Shown piece by piece: positions 1 to 10,015 of a stretch of DNA of 64,000 nucleotides. Every line of letters begins with the position of its first letter. The first letter of the stretch is position 1. Source of the DNA: Candidatus Thorarchaeota archaeon (GTDB taxonomy: Archaea > Asgardarchaeota > Thorarchaeia > Thorarchaeales > Thorarchaeaceae); contig RDOC01000003.1 of the NCBI GenBank assembly GCA_011364985.1, positions 32,001-96,000 on the forward strand, in the 5' to 3' direction. A model generated the notes under the pieces. It did not search any database. It saw only the letters and a program-made list of their open reading frames with translations, and was not told where the DNA came from. The position numbers and the translations under genes were made by a program.

Positions 1-246
1 ACGGAAGCCGTATTCTGGCGTGGATCGTATTCTTTCAAGCACCTCTGAAGGCTCTGAGAGTTCAATCCCTGATCCTGTGAATCTGTTGGGACTAAGGGGA
101 ATCAATTTGAGCTGAAAGGCAGACTCTGTCCCAACGACTAACATCTCACCCCTAGGAGTAGACATGACTCTCCAGCCTCTAGGCTCCGCTGAGTACTGCT
201 TCAATATGCGCGGCAGAATGTCGTCTACTGGTTCTATATCAGTCAC
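1..246 (-). CDS. hypothetical protein, 3'-truncated by window edge
   Basis: Manual translation from GTG at 246 gives (M)TDIEPVDDILPRILKQYSAEPRGWRVMSTP..., open to position 1. Confidence 0.6.
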   Translation of the reverse strand, partial: MTDIEPVDDILPRILKQYSAEPRGWRVMSTPRGEMLVVGTESAFQLKLIPLSPNRFTGSGIELSEPSEVLERIRSTPEYGFR

Positions 247-383
247 GGTTCATCATAGAATATAGGTTCGCTTTCCCCTCATAATCATGTTGCTATAGGA
301 GTTATCGTGGAAAACAGCTTTTATGAATGTAGTATACCTAGCTCCGAGTGTGGGAAGAATGACCTTGTATCTTTCCTATTACT

Positions 384-761
384 TCATGGACGTATAGTCA
401 AGGCTTCCCCAAATGAAATACCCATGTCGACAGTACCACGCACCAGAGTACTACCTAGGTCCAATCCGTGTATAATCTCTGAAAGCAGGTCATCGCCTGC
501 TGTACTAGCATCCTCGTATCCATCCAGTTTGTCATAGTCAAAGACATACTTGAAAGTGAGTGTCACATCCTTAACCTGAACTCCGAGGGCTGTCAGTGTC
601 AGCCTACGAAGTCGCTTCTGGTCATTCAAGAAAGGGCTTACGAAGAACTCGGGGAAGTACACAATCACAGCCGCATTCTTTGCAAATCCTTTGAAATCGG
701 CATAATCCTCCAGCACTATCGGAGGAGTAAGAGTTGTTGATTCTTGTTTCATTAAAGCCAT
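384..761 (-). CDS. hypothetical protein
   Basis: 125-aa ORF with plausible composition and an AT-rich promoter region upstream. Confidence 0.65.
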   Translation of the reverse strand: MALMKQESTTLTPPIVLEDYADFKGFAKNAAVIVYFPEFFVSPFLNDQKRLRRLTLTALGVQVKDVTLTFKYVFDYDKLDGYEDASTAGDDLLSEIIHGLDLGSTLVRGTVDMGISFGEALTIRP

Positions 762-1026
762 CTCACTGTTTCCTGTTCGAATCCCTCCCGCCCCTTCATT
801 TCCAGTGGAGCAGGGAAGGAATTCGGCGTCAAATTAGGCCTCCCGGCCAACTCTAATATGGTATATGTATAACTACTAATAAATTTATCTCTTCTTTTAT
901 TTTTTAAACTTATAGTTTGATATTAATACTTAGAACACGTGTTCTAGTTGATTGAGAGATGGATCGCAGAAGAGTTATGAGACTCCAATGTCCAGAGGAC
1001 TACTACACGGCAAAATCTGAAGCCTT

Positions 1027-1506
1027 TTAGGATGGAGAAGCAAAAGACTCGCATACCTTTCTCAGACGCTTCAAGTGCTGATTCTTCAGATATGCAAGAT
1101 ACTCAAAAACCACACCAACAACTTTCGATTTGGCGCGAGACGAGATGGAGAGATAGAATTTGTGAGACTTCAGCCCCCGTTCGAGAACCTGATTGCATAC
1201 TGTCACACGCTGGAATTGCAGAGTTGAACCAAATGGTGATGTGAAATCAAACGGGTCGCTGTTAGGAGGTTCCCATTTGCCGTGAACCACTTGAGCCTCT
1301 TCAATTGCGCTGACAACACCAGTAAACATCATGTCTTCGATCTTAGCAATAAGTTCCTCTTCCGACTCCTGTAGAACCAAGAGAAGTGCTTGAACCTCTG
1401 GTATCTTCGTTTTTTCAAGCTCGTCTGCGTAATACTGCAGGTCATTCAGTGCGGTAGCTAGGGCCAGATTCAGCATGTGTTTAACCGGGTCCTTGAAATC
1501 AGACAT
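1027..1506 (-). CDS. ferritin/rubrerythrin-like four-helix protein
   Basis: Two helical-hairpin repeats (ALNDLQYY...ESEEE / ERGLKSHKFY...KNQH); metal ligands are partly degenerate. Confidence 0.55.
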   Translation of the reverse strand: MSDFKDPVKHMLNLALATALNDLQYYADELEKTKIPEVQALLLVLQESEEELIAKIEDMMFTGVVSAIEEAQVVHGKWEPPNSDPFDFTSPFGSTLQFQRVTVCNQVLERGLKSHKFYLSISSRAKSKVVGVVFEYLAYLKNQHLKRLRKVCESFASPS

Positions 1507-1565
1507 GTGAGATTGCCTTAGTATACATTCGGATAAAAGAGATTATTGTTCGTTGTCGAAATGAA

Positions 1566-2291
1566 CTATCTCTCGGCAGCGAGATAGGTTCTGATTTGTT
1601 CATATTCTTGGATGTTCATCAAGTCCTTTATGTCGGGAAGGCCCTCATCGACGAATCTAATGACTGAATGGAGGTTCAAGCCTAATTCCTGTGCCTTCTT
1701 CAATGCACCTTGTTGCCGGTCGATAACAACCGCGATGTCAGTACACTTGATATCATGTATTTCGCGTCTTTCCGCCTCGGCAAGAACTTGGTCACGAGCT
1801 ACAAGCTTAGTCGTCAATCCAGTCACAAGGTCGTCCACGATGCAGAGGCGATCGCCATCTTCAAGGACCCCTTCAAGAAGCTCATGTTGACCGTAGCTAT
1901 CGATAGCCTTCGCGAAGTCCTCCTGACTCTTGACTCCTAGGATTTTCCGTGTGTGACATGTAGGAAGGCCGGATTCAAGAGAGAGAGCAGTAGCAATTGG
2001 TATTCCAGCAAAGGCAACCCCAACAAGCTTGGTGACATCAGGAGCCTCTTCTCTAAGTAGTATTGCCATTGCTTTTCCGACTCTTCTCAATGTACTGGGA
2101 AAGGAGCTTAGAAGCCTAAGCTGGATGTAGAACGGACTCCAGAGGCCCGAGACTAATGTCCATCCCTCTTGCCTGTCACGATTGGCAGTAAGTAGCATTC
2201 GATTTTGATATATCTCTCTCATGATCTCCTGCTTTAGTAAGTCCACATCTTTAGTCATATGAAATGCCCGAGCACCAAGAACTGCTGACAC
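1566..2291 (-). CDS. pyrE: orotate phosphoribosyltransferase-like PRTase
   Basis: LVSGLWSPFYIQLR, GVAFAGIP and PRPP-binding motif CIVDDLVTG. Confidence 0.8.
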   Translation of the reverse strand: MSAVLGARAFHMTKDVDLLKQEIMREIYQNRMLLTANRDRQEGWTLVSGLWSPFYIQLRLLSSFPSTLRRVGKAMAILLREEAPDVTKLVGVAFAGIPIATALSLESGLPTCHTRKILGVKSQEDFAKAIDSYGQHELLEGVLEDGDRLCIVDDLVTGLTTKLVARDQVLAEAERREIHDIKCTDIAVVIDRQQGALKKAQELGLNLHSVIRFVDEGLPDIKDLMNIQEYEQIRTYLAAER

Positions 2292-2346
2292 TCTTAATCT
2301 TACCGAGAGAAGAAAGCATAAGCAGGAGATGAAAGATTAATGGGCT

Positions 2347-3417
2347 GTGAATATTCCAGAACCTATGCAATGGTTGCTGGCAAATTCAGGCCCAGCAATA
2401 CGCTTTCAGATGATAGTGGACATGCTTCAAGAGCAGGATGTCACGCGAGTTAGCCAGGCGCTTGACGATCTGCATAGGAGCCCGATCGTGTCCGAGTGGA
2501 TGGCACGTGTCGGGCGAGGCTTCGAAATGAAACAGCTTCACTCTTCAAATCCTTTGGCATTTGAGAATGTCATGGGAAAACTGGGGGATCTTGGATTGCG
2601 AGCTGGACTTCAACCCTTCGACACTAAGACCCTTCCATTCAGGGTATGGCTATCTGAGGGGGCAAAGAGGGCTGATGATTCTCCCTTCAGAGTGTTCCTA
2701 CGAACTTTAGTCGCTTCATTCCTATCCTTTGTAGGATATGGTGACACGGAGCCGGTCCATGAAGTGCTTGTTAGACGTCTGAAGAGTCTATACTCCTTCG
2801 CAGTGAGCCCGAGTTTTCAAGATATATACACAGAGAGCTATATCACACATGATGTGAAGCAAGAAAAGAGGAAGCATAGGTTTCTGAACCCAGACCTGTA
2901 CTTTGGGCAGCAGCTTGTACTGCCGTGGGTCCATGACATCAGAGGACTTGCCCATTCCAGAAAGATTCTTGATGACCCGGACCTTCGTCACAAAGCAGAG
3001 ACCGTGGTCTCCATGGTCTTCAGTCCTGAGTATCAAGATCTCCCCCTTGGTTATGGTCTGATCAAACATCAGGAAAGATCGTATGTAATTGGATGGAGCG
3101 TTCATCTTCCGGGCTTTGAGTCCCTCCCTAACGATTCATCGATGCCAAAGATACTCCTTCTTCTCCAATCCTTTGCTTCATTTAGGACTGCCCGAGAGAG
3201 CGATTGGTTTCTCCGGATGATGGAGATTTTAGAAGGATGTTCTACTGAGTATGAAACCTACAGATTTCCAAAAGAATGGCTGCCTGAGAAGAACGCAGGA
3301 TACTGGGTGAATGGTGCGTACATGGCTCTTGAAGATGATCGGCAAAAGAAGTCTGCAATTGAGTGTGAGTCCACCTTTAGAATGCTCAAGATAAAGCACC
3401 TGATGACAAGGCAATGA
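2347..3417 (+). CDS. hypothetical protein
   Basis: 356-aa ORF. Confidence 0.7.
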   Translation: MNIPEPMQWLLANSGPAIRFQMIVDMLQEQDVTRVSQALDDLHRSPIVSEWMARVGRGFEMKQLHSSNPLAFENVMGKLGDLGLRAGLQPFDTKTLPFRVWLSEGAKRADDSPFRVFLRTLVASFLSFVGYGDTEPVHEVLVRRLKSLYSFAVSPSFQDIYTESYITHDVKQEKRKHRFLNPDLYFGQQLVLPWVHDIRGLAHSRKILDDPDLRHKAETVVSMVFSPEYQDLPLGYGLIKHQERSYVIGWSVHLPGFESLPNDSSMPKILLLLQSFASFRTARESDWFLRMMEILEGCSTEYETYRFPKEWLPEKNAGYWVNGAYMALEDDRQKKSAIECESTFRMLKIKHLMTRQ

Positions 3418-3424
3418 ACTGAAT

Positions 3425-4528
3425 CTAGACTGTCTGTGAGCCCTGAGCAGAAGTAGGGACAATCCTAGGCTGGAATGAACCTCTGAACAGAAAAGAGAGA
3501 AACTTGCTCTGCGTGAGAACGCGACTTGCCAGTGGAACAGATATGGCTATTCCAATGACAAATCTGGCTGGCCATAGATTGTACATCAGAATTGGATCTG
3601 TGATAGGAAATCCAACAAGAAGAGCCACCAGCGGAATCAGATAGAAGGTAACTGGATGAATCTCATACACTTCTTGCGAGTTGGCACCCAATGCCATCAA
3701 TAATCTTCGAGTATCGCTGAATCGAAGAAGCAGGCTAGAGGCTGAGAAAACCAAGATAGTACCAATGGTTCCATTCAAGATATACAGCCACGCATTTACT
3801 CCGTAGTTGTCAACTGCAATATCGGTGAATCCGTTTAGATTCGAAGTGAAGATCAAAAAGACGACTAGTATCACCAGCATTGCTGTTGTCCTAGGGACTG
3901 ACGTTGCCCCCCATGGCTTCAGTTCCCTTACCCTGCGCATCTCATTGCCTAGAAGAACAAATGTTGCAGCAAGAAAGGCACTACTGAGTCGCCATGGCAC
4001 CAAATTAGGCGCAAACAATGATTGAATAAGTACTGCAACGACAGGAAAAGTCACTACCAGTAGCCATCGAGCTGCCATAGGGGCATCCTTCAGGACACGG
4101 TCAGATATGACAAAGAGGACCATTCCAAGAAACAGGACTGGCAAGAACCAGAGATGCATGGCTGAGTTGGGAGGGCCGTTTCCGTAGAGAAACCAGAACA
4201 GGAGCTGGTCTGGAGTTAAGTATGTGTCCACAGTGGATGCCAACGGTACGAACATGGTCATGATGATGACATAAAGTAGAAAATAGGGAATGAGATACTG
4301 CCTAGCTCGAGAGCTGATGAAAGCACCTAGGTTCTTCTGGTGTTTCGTGTTGTTATATGTGAGTCCTGCAAGAATGAAGAACAATGGTATTGTGAAGCTG
4401 CTAAGATGGATGGTAACAGGATTAACAATAGGAATAATAGAATGGACAAGAATGACGAACATGACACCGAGACCCTTGGCCGCCTCGATCCAATGGAGCC
4501 TTGTGATATCATCTGCCCTATTAGACAT
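3425..4528 (-). CDS. acyltransferase 3 family membrane protein
   Basis: RLHWIEAAKG...VILVH, FTIPLFFILAG, LWFL motifs and multiple TM segments. Confidence 0.85.
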   Translation of the reverse strand: MSNRADDITRLHWIEAAKGLGVMFVILVHSIIPIVNPVTIHLSSFTIPLFFILAGLTYNNTKHQKNLGAFISSRARQYLIPYFLLYVIIMTMFVPLASTVDTYLTPDQLLFWFLYGNGPPNSAMHLWFLPVLFLGMVLFVISDRVLKDAPMAARWLLVVTFPVVAVLIQSLFAPNLVPWRLSSAFLAATFVLLGNEMRRVRELKPWGATSVPRTTAMLVILVVFLIFTSNLNGFTDIAVDNYGVNAWLYILNGTIGTILVFSASSLLLRFSDTRRLLMALGANSQEVYEIHPVTFYLIPLVALLVGFPITDPILMYNLWPARFVIGIAISVPLASRVLTQSKFLSFLFRGSFQPRIVPTSAQGSQTV

Positions 4529-4641
4529 TCTTCGGTCTCATCCTGTTGTCATGTCGCCGCTAGCTTTCAACGAAAATTCGCAGGTTATTTTCACCTCTTG
4601 GCAAACTTTTTTAACACTGTCTATGGCGGAATGCATTGACT

Positions 4642-4807
4642 GCGCTCGTTGTCTAAAGGACATCGGATTCTGAAGTCCTGACAAAGGGGCTATGATGGAT
4701 CCCTGCCACGGATCCGGCAATCACATTCACTATGAATGTGATCGGGAACCGGGAACTGCGTTCAGTTTCGAATGTGGTCGGGAATTCGAGTCCCGGCGAG
4801 CGCACCA
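4642..4807 (+). tRNA. tRNA-Gly(GCC) with three BHB introns (4656-4685, 4719-4748, 4754-4784)
   Basis: After removing the introns: GCGCTCG TT GTCT AGGGGCTA TGAT G GATCC CTGCCAC GGATC CGGC CCGGG TTCGAGT CCCGG CGAGCGC A CCA, a 75-nt cloverleaf. Each intron has a 4-bp central helix, 3-nt bulges and an internal stem. Confidence 0.92.
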
Positions 4808-5008
4808 TTCCTTAGTTTCTCAGAAGTGATGATTCTTCGGTAGCGCCATTCGAAATAGGGATTTGGTTCACTGATGATAAAGAGCATTCTGATTTGCTGA
4901 TGATAAGCGAGATGCTGTAAAGGATGCAAGAATCAACTTGGTTTTTTACAGATGTTTGGACGCATGGCATCTTTCTGTTTCAATGGTTATCTCTTCATGG
5001 CCTCTCAC

Positions 5009-5299
5009 TCAGAATTGCTGTTTCTTGTCAAGATGAGGGCTTTCATGGTTTTCTGATAACAATCGTATCGCAAGAACGAGAACCACAATGGGTGCAACTA
5101 TGACAATGAGCGAGAACATATAGTCAAGTGGCGTTCCAGTAACTATGATTTGACCAGTAAGAGCCGAAGGCCAAAAGACGAGGATTATGATGAGCACAAT
5201 AAACGTCACAATGAGTCCAAGAAACGAACATCCGTAGTCTTCCACATGAAGGTCACTCAACGAGCCACCCATGCGAACGGAGCGAATCACAACAGCCAT
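5009..5299 (-). CDS. small membrane protein
   Basis: 96 aa with two hydrophobic segments. Confidence 0.55.
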   Translation of the reverse strand: MAVVIRSVRMGGSLSDLHVEDYGCSFLGLIVTFIVLIIILVFWPSALTGQIIVTGTPLDYMFSLIVIVAPIVVLVLAIRLLSENHESPHLDKKQQF

Positions 5300-5639
5300 C
5301 CCTACAATTAATGCACACAGATTGAGATAAGGTTGATGTTTCCAAATCGCCTACAACTTCAAGACAGACTCATAGTTTACCACAAAATGCAAGATGCTAG
5401 GCACGGATACTCAGCTATCTTGAAAACGGACTGGTGCTCTATCTTGATGCAATCTTTGGGTAGTGAATGCTCTTTCGATTTTCATCTCAAGGTAAGCATA
5501 TCACTTCTCAATCTTATATCGAGCGCTTTCATTTGCTCTCTGCGCACTATCCAAGCCATAGGATGAAGTTTAGCTCATGCGAAAGGTATCTCCTTATCCA
5601 AGATGGGAAGAGGAAGACAATGGTAGGAACCTTGAACTC

Positions 5640-6575
5640 CTAGGTTCTGTAAATGCGAACAGCGTTGTCCCAATATAGCTTCCGAAGCACCGAAAGCGGA
5701 AGATCAAGTCCGTTGATGAATGTCCCCCCAGAGTCCCTTGTGTCAGCATCTTCGAAGGGAAGGGGCGTATGTTGAGCCCGAGTTTCCCATAGAACTCTTT
5801 GAGCATGATATCTCCCTTGGAAGTAGTCCCTATCAGTCCTATCAGTGGAAAGATCGGTACCAAAGAGAATTCGGTCACTGTGTCTCATTAAGAATTCGCG
5901 TGCATCTTTAACATCCTTGCTGAGCTCTCTTGCCATCCAACGAGAGGAAGCCGTATCAATGATTACATTAGAATACTGATTAAGCCATGTAGATAGATTA
6001 GAGAGTCTGTGTATTTCAGGCTGAGAAGCAAAATGAGGAAGCTGGAAAAGCAGTCTATCATACCGTTCTATTACATTCTTGAGTTGTGCAAGGTGATCTT
6101 CTTTTGTGCCATACTTATCGGTATCAGCATAGTGTAGCTTATAGTAGGTGTCAGGATCTCCAACATGAATAAGCAGAGGTAGGCTATTATCCTCCAAGGC
6201 TTGAAACACCGGTTCTAATCGAGTATCATCGATCCTGAAATCTTTCGGTGCATTCTCATAGTAGTCTCGCCAGCGAGGACCAAACCACATCTTCGTCAAC
6301 ACGTAACCTTCGTCTTTGGTTCTGTAGATATCATCAACAATCTTGTCGGTTTCAAAATGTGCAATGTCATTAAGAAACAGGTATTTTGCAAAAACGAACC
6401 TGTCGGGGTATTTGTTTCTGGCATCCAAGAAGACTTCCTTCGTATGGACTATTGCCAACTGGGCGGTAATCCCGAACTCATCTTCAAACATAATCATCTC
6501 TTCCAGATTCTTGGGGTTGCCGATATGCGTGTGCGCGTCGAAGATTGGTCCATTATACTTCCACATATTGGTCAA
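5640..6575 (-). CDS. amidohydrolase family (amidohydro_2) protein
   Basis: FDAHTH, LLIHVGD and ILFGTD motifs. Confidence 0.85.
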   Translation of the reverse strand: MTNMWKYNGPIFDAHTHIGNPKNLEEMIMFEDEFGITAQLAIVHTKEVFLDARNKYPDRFVFAKYLFLNDIAHFETDKIVDDIYRTKDEGYVLTKMWFGPRWRDYYENAPKDFRIDDTRLEPVFQALEDNSLPLLIHVGDPDTYYKLHYADTDKYGTKEDHLAQLKNVIERYDRLLFQLPHFASQPEIHRLSNLSTWLNQYSNVIIDTASSRWMARELSKDVKDAREFLMRHSDRILFGTDLSTDRTDRDYFQGRYHAQRVLWETRAQHTPLPFEDADTRDSGGTFINGLDLPLSVLRKLYWDNAVRIYRT

Positions 6576-6625
6576 TACGCCTCTACTGAGTTTCCAAGAA
6601 TGCCTACTGAAAAGGAATTCCGTTC

Positions 6626-7726
6626 ATGCCAAATAGAATCAGCGAGTTGGAATGGAGTCTTGACAAACCTTATTATCCGATTATTCGCCAGCTACCTGAG
6701 AGTACCTGTGGTATGTACGAGGAGATTGACAGAAGTGACCAAGGCAAATGGTTTCCCGTTGCTGCCTTTGGCTTTATTGTAGTTGTTGGACTATTGAGCA
6801 TCCGATTACTATCCAACCCAATTGTGGTAGTACCGCTGAATGCAGAAGACCTTGTCGCAATAATAGGATTCTCACCGATGCTGGGATATCTCATAGGAAG
6901 TCTTTTTGGATTCTTGAGAAAGCGTAGTACAAAGATCAATCTGGATATGCTTGAATTCTCCGATGAGGTTCGAGATCTCGAGGATTTTGGGAAGGTCTAT
7001 TTTGAGGGCGAGTTTGAAACCACAAACCTTGGAGGCCATCCAGCATACGGATGCGGGTGGGCGATTGTTTTGATGTTTACCGCATTTGCAGGATTCGCAG
7101 TGCTATTTGGGATGGATGCTATTGGCTATTCACTGGGATCCTACATAGAAATCATCATAGTAGCAGTACTCTATCCAGTCGGATTCCATTTTGCATTTCG
7201 GGGAAGTCCCATAAGCAGTTCGTATGTGAAGAACCCACTGCATTATCGCATTACCAAGTACCTGTCGAAAGAAGATGTCCTTCGCAGTATTCTCCGTTGT
7301 GAAACTGTGGAATCAATCATAGTAAGGTTCAGACTCGGCAAGGGGCAGTCACTCCTAGTCATTGATGATATTCGTGTTTATGCAGTGACCTCAGCAAACC
7401 CACCGCTGGAGATTGAAATCACCATTGAAAACATGGAAGACATAGGACCACAATTCACCTATCATCTAGCAGAAGGAACTCCTCTACATAAGGAAGAGAG
7501 AATAGATGTTGATGAAAAGAATGCCTTTCTCATAATCGATGAAGTTGATTTGGATTCGATAATCCGAGTAAGATACGATGTGGGATCAATACGAGCAAAA
7601 TGGACACTTGGCACTCCTAAGGACCTATGCAGTCTAATGCACACACTTCTCGACGAAGTAAGCAAGTTTACCGATATCTCAGCACCCTTCAAGGACTCCA
7701 CAGATGTTGAATTCGGATTTCAGTAG
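6626..7726 (+). CDS. membrane protein of unknown function
   Basis: 366 aa, four TM segments then a soluble C-terminal domain. Confidence 0.7.
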   Translation: MPNRISELEWSLDKPYYPIIRQLPESTCGMYEEIDRSDQGKWFPVAAFGFIVVVGLLSIRLLSNPIVVVPLNAEDLVAIIGFSPMLGYLIGSLFGFLRKRSTKINLDMLEFSDEVRDLEDFGKVYFEGEFETTNLGGHPAYGCGWAIVLMFTAFAGFAVLFGMDAIGYSLGSYIEIIIVAVLYPVGFHFAFRGSPISSSYVKNPLHYRITKYLSKEDVLRSILRCETVESIIVRFRLGKGQSLLVIDDIRVYAVTSANPPLEIEITIENMEDIGPQFTYHLAEGTPLHKEERIDVDEKNAFLIIDEVDLDSIIRVRYDVGSIRAKWTLGTPKDLCSLMHTLLDEVSKFTDISAPFKDSTDVEFGFQ

Positions 7727-7815
7727 GCAATTGGACCAACTCCAAGTTTGGGATCAGTGGAATTCAATGTATTTCATGACACAATATTCATTTCATTTCA
7801 ATGTTATATTAGGGA

Positions 7816-8715
7816 TTGCTTCCTCAACTCCATAGGAGGCTGTGGAACGTGGACGAGACATCAAAGAAGAAGATTCTTCAAATTGGAAACTTGCTTACAC
7901 CCATCTTTTGCGCCTTGACAATTGGACTCTCAGGATTGGATTTTAGTTCAACGGTGATTAGTGACTCGGGCTATCCAAAGATTCTAAGTCCAGCACCATT
8001 CACATTTGCAGTCTGGGGACCAATCTTCCTCTTCCAGTTCATGTTCTACTTCTATCAGGCTAGAGACCTATTCAAATCTAGAGAGAACAAGATTGAGATG
8101 CCCTATGTTCACGAAGTCAGTGTCTTCTTCATACTCTCGTGGATATCCACTACTGTGTGGTATGTGCTCTGGGTACTTGGCTTTGTCTGGCCAGCTATTG
8201 GAGCGATGTTTGCATACCTCTTGAGCTCGTTAGGAGCGTATCTAGGACTTGGAATCAACCTTCGCGCTAGGTCCCTAAAGGAACATCTCTTTGTCACAGT
8301 GGCCTGGAGCCTACTTGCAGGGTGGGTGACTGTTGCTGCAATTGTCAATACCACGACCGGATTCGTATATTCTGGGTTTGACCCCGGCGTCATTGGGGAA
8401 GCCGGATGGACAAGTATAATCTTGCTCATGGCTGTAGGAATCTACCTTCTAGTGTTGGTAAGAAGAAATGACTTTGTCTTTGCAGGGGTGGGCTTATGGG
8501 CGATTATCGGACTAATTGCAGATCTACTGGACCCTACCAATGTGCCGCAACCATTAGTCACCCTTGTAGCAATATTAGGAGTAGGGATCCTTTCTGTGGC
8601 GATGATTGTGTGGTTTTATCTTCAGAGTAGGCGGGGAGTAATCTCCTTGCCATCATTTTGTGATTTCAATCAGGAAAGCACTAGTCAAGTCACGATTAGG
8701 ATTATAAGCCAATAA
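7816..8715 (+). CDS. TspO-like/tryptophan-rich membrane protein
   Basis: SPAPFTFAVWGPI and GWVTVAAIVN motifs, multi-TM; true start may be slightly downstream. Confidence 0.7.
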   Translation: MLPQLHRRLWNVDETSKKKILQIGNLLTPIFCALTIGLSGLDFSSTVISDSGYPKILSPAPFTFAVWGPIFLFQFMFYFYQARDLFKSRENKIEMPYVHEVSVFFILSWISTTVWYVLWVLGFVWPAIGAMFAYLLSSLGAYLGLGINLRARSLKEHLFVTVAWSLLAGWVTVAAIVNTTTGFVYSGFDPGVIGEAGWTSIILLMAVGIYLLVLVRRNDFVFAGVGLWAIIGLIADLLDPTNVPQPLVTLVAILGVGILSVAMIVWFYLQSRRGVISLPSFCDFNQESTSQVTIRIISQ

Positions 8716-8856
8716 TCTGAGCTGCAATCAAGTGGGAACCATGGGTCTACCAATTGACGATACGCTTGTCGCAGCAGAATACTACTCGGGCAGTAATATT
8801 ATGTATAATTGTGTTTTTTTGAAACAATCATGAGGCCCAAAAGAGCCTAGGTCAAG

Positions 8857-9857
8857 TTGTCAGACTCTTGGGTTTCTAAAGAGGGCAATGTGCTGCTGAT
8901 GACTGTGACAACAATGAATTCCATTAGGAAAGCAAGCCAAACAATAAGGGAACATGTGAAACATACTCCCCTGATTAGATCCGACTATCTTAGCAAGCTC
9001 TGCCGGTGTAGTTCATATCTAAAGCTTGAGAATCAGCAGCATACAAACTCCTTCAAAATTCGAGGCGCACTGAATAAGATGTCGCAGCTGACTTCCGAAC
9101 AGAAGGAGGCTGGTGTTGTCACAGCATCTTCTGGCAATCATGCCCAAGCCGTGGCTCTGGCTGCCCAGATACTCGGTATTCATGTCATCATTGTTGTTCC
9201 AGAACAGGTATCAAAGGCCAAACTTGAAAAAATGCGGGAGTACAGCGTCGAAGTCGTACTTGGTGATGGTTTTGACGAAGTGGAGCCAAAAGCCCGTTCA
9301 ATTGCAGGTGAGCAAGGAAAGTCATACATAAGTCCGTACAATGACTACGAAGTGATCTCTGGCCAAGGTACCATGGGATTGAAGTACTTCAGAACCTTGA
9401 TAGTTTCGACACCATCATCGTGCCAGTTGGTGAAGGAGGACTCATTGTAGGCATAGCAGTCGCCGCAAAAAGCCTCAAACAGGACTGTGAAGTGATTGGG
9501 GTTCAGACAAAGGCCTCCTCTAAAATGTACGAGTCTTGGAAAAAAGGATCCTTTGTTCATGTTGAAGAAACTGACACGCTGGCAGAGGCGTTTCTGGGTG
9601 GTGTTGAAGATGGCTCTGTGACGCTTGATTTGACACTGAAATATGTTGACAAAATGCTTCTTGTTATGGAGAACACGCTGAGAGATGCAATTCGGATTCT
9701 ATGGACAGAGGAGAAACAAGTGGTAGAAGGTGCTGGTGCAACATCCATAGGCCCGCTTCTTGAGAATCCAGAATACTTCAAAGGAAAAGCCATAGTATCG
9801 ATTGTGAGTAGTGGAAATATAGAAAAGACGCTCTTTGAGAACATCACTAAACAATAG
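8857..9857 (+). pseudogene. ilvA: threonine/serine dehydratase, frameshifted
   Basis: LKLENQQHTNSFKIRG and SSGNHA in ORF1; VPVGEGGL in ORF2. A 1-nt deletion at ~9380 (GGA TT GAA GTA) joins the two frames. Confidence 0.8.
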
Positions 9858-10015
9858 GACGCTGCCACCACTGTATACAAGTTCAGCGAACGATTCGATC
9901 AATACTTCTCATTTATGGCAGAGTTCTTCATCTTTTCAGTAATAGAAGACCTGCTGCCATGACCATCTTGGAAAGGACAGCCAAGTCTGATACATATGCA
10001 ATCTAGCAATGGACG

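Noticed and set aside
4538-4720. Short ORFs overlapping 4.5-4.8 kb
   Set aside because: They overlap the three-intron tRNA-Gly gene
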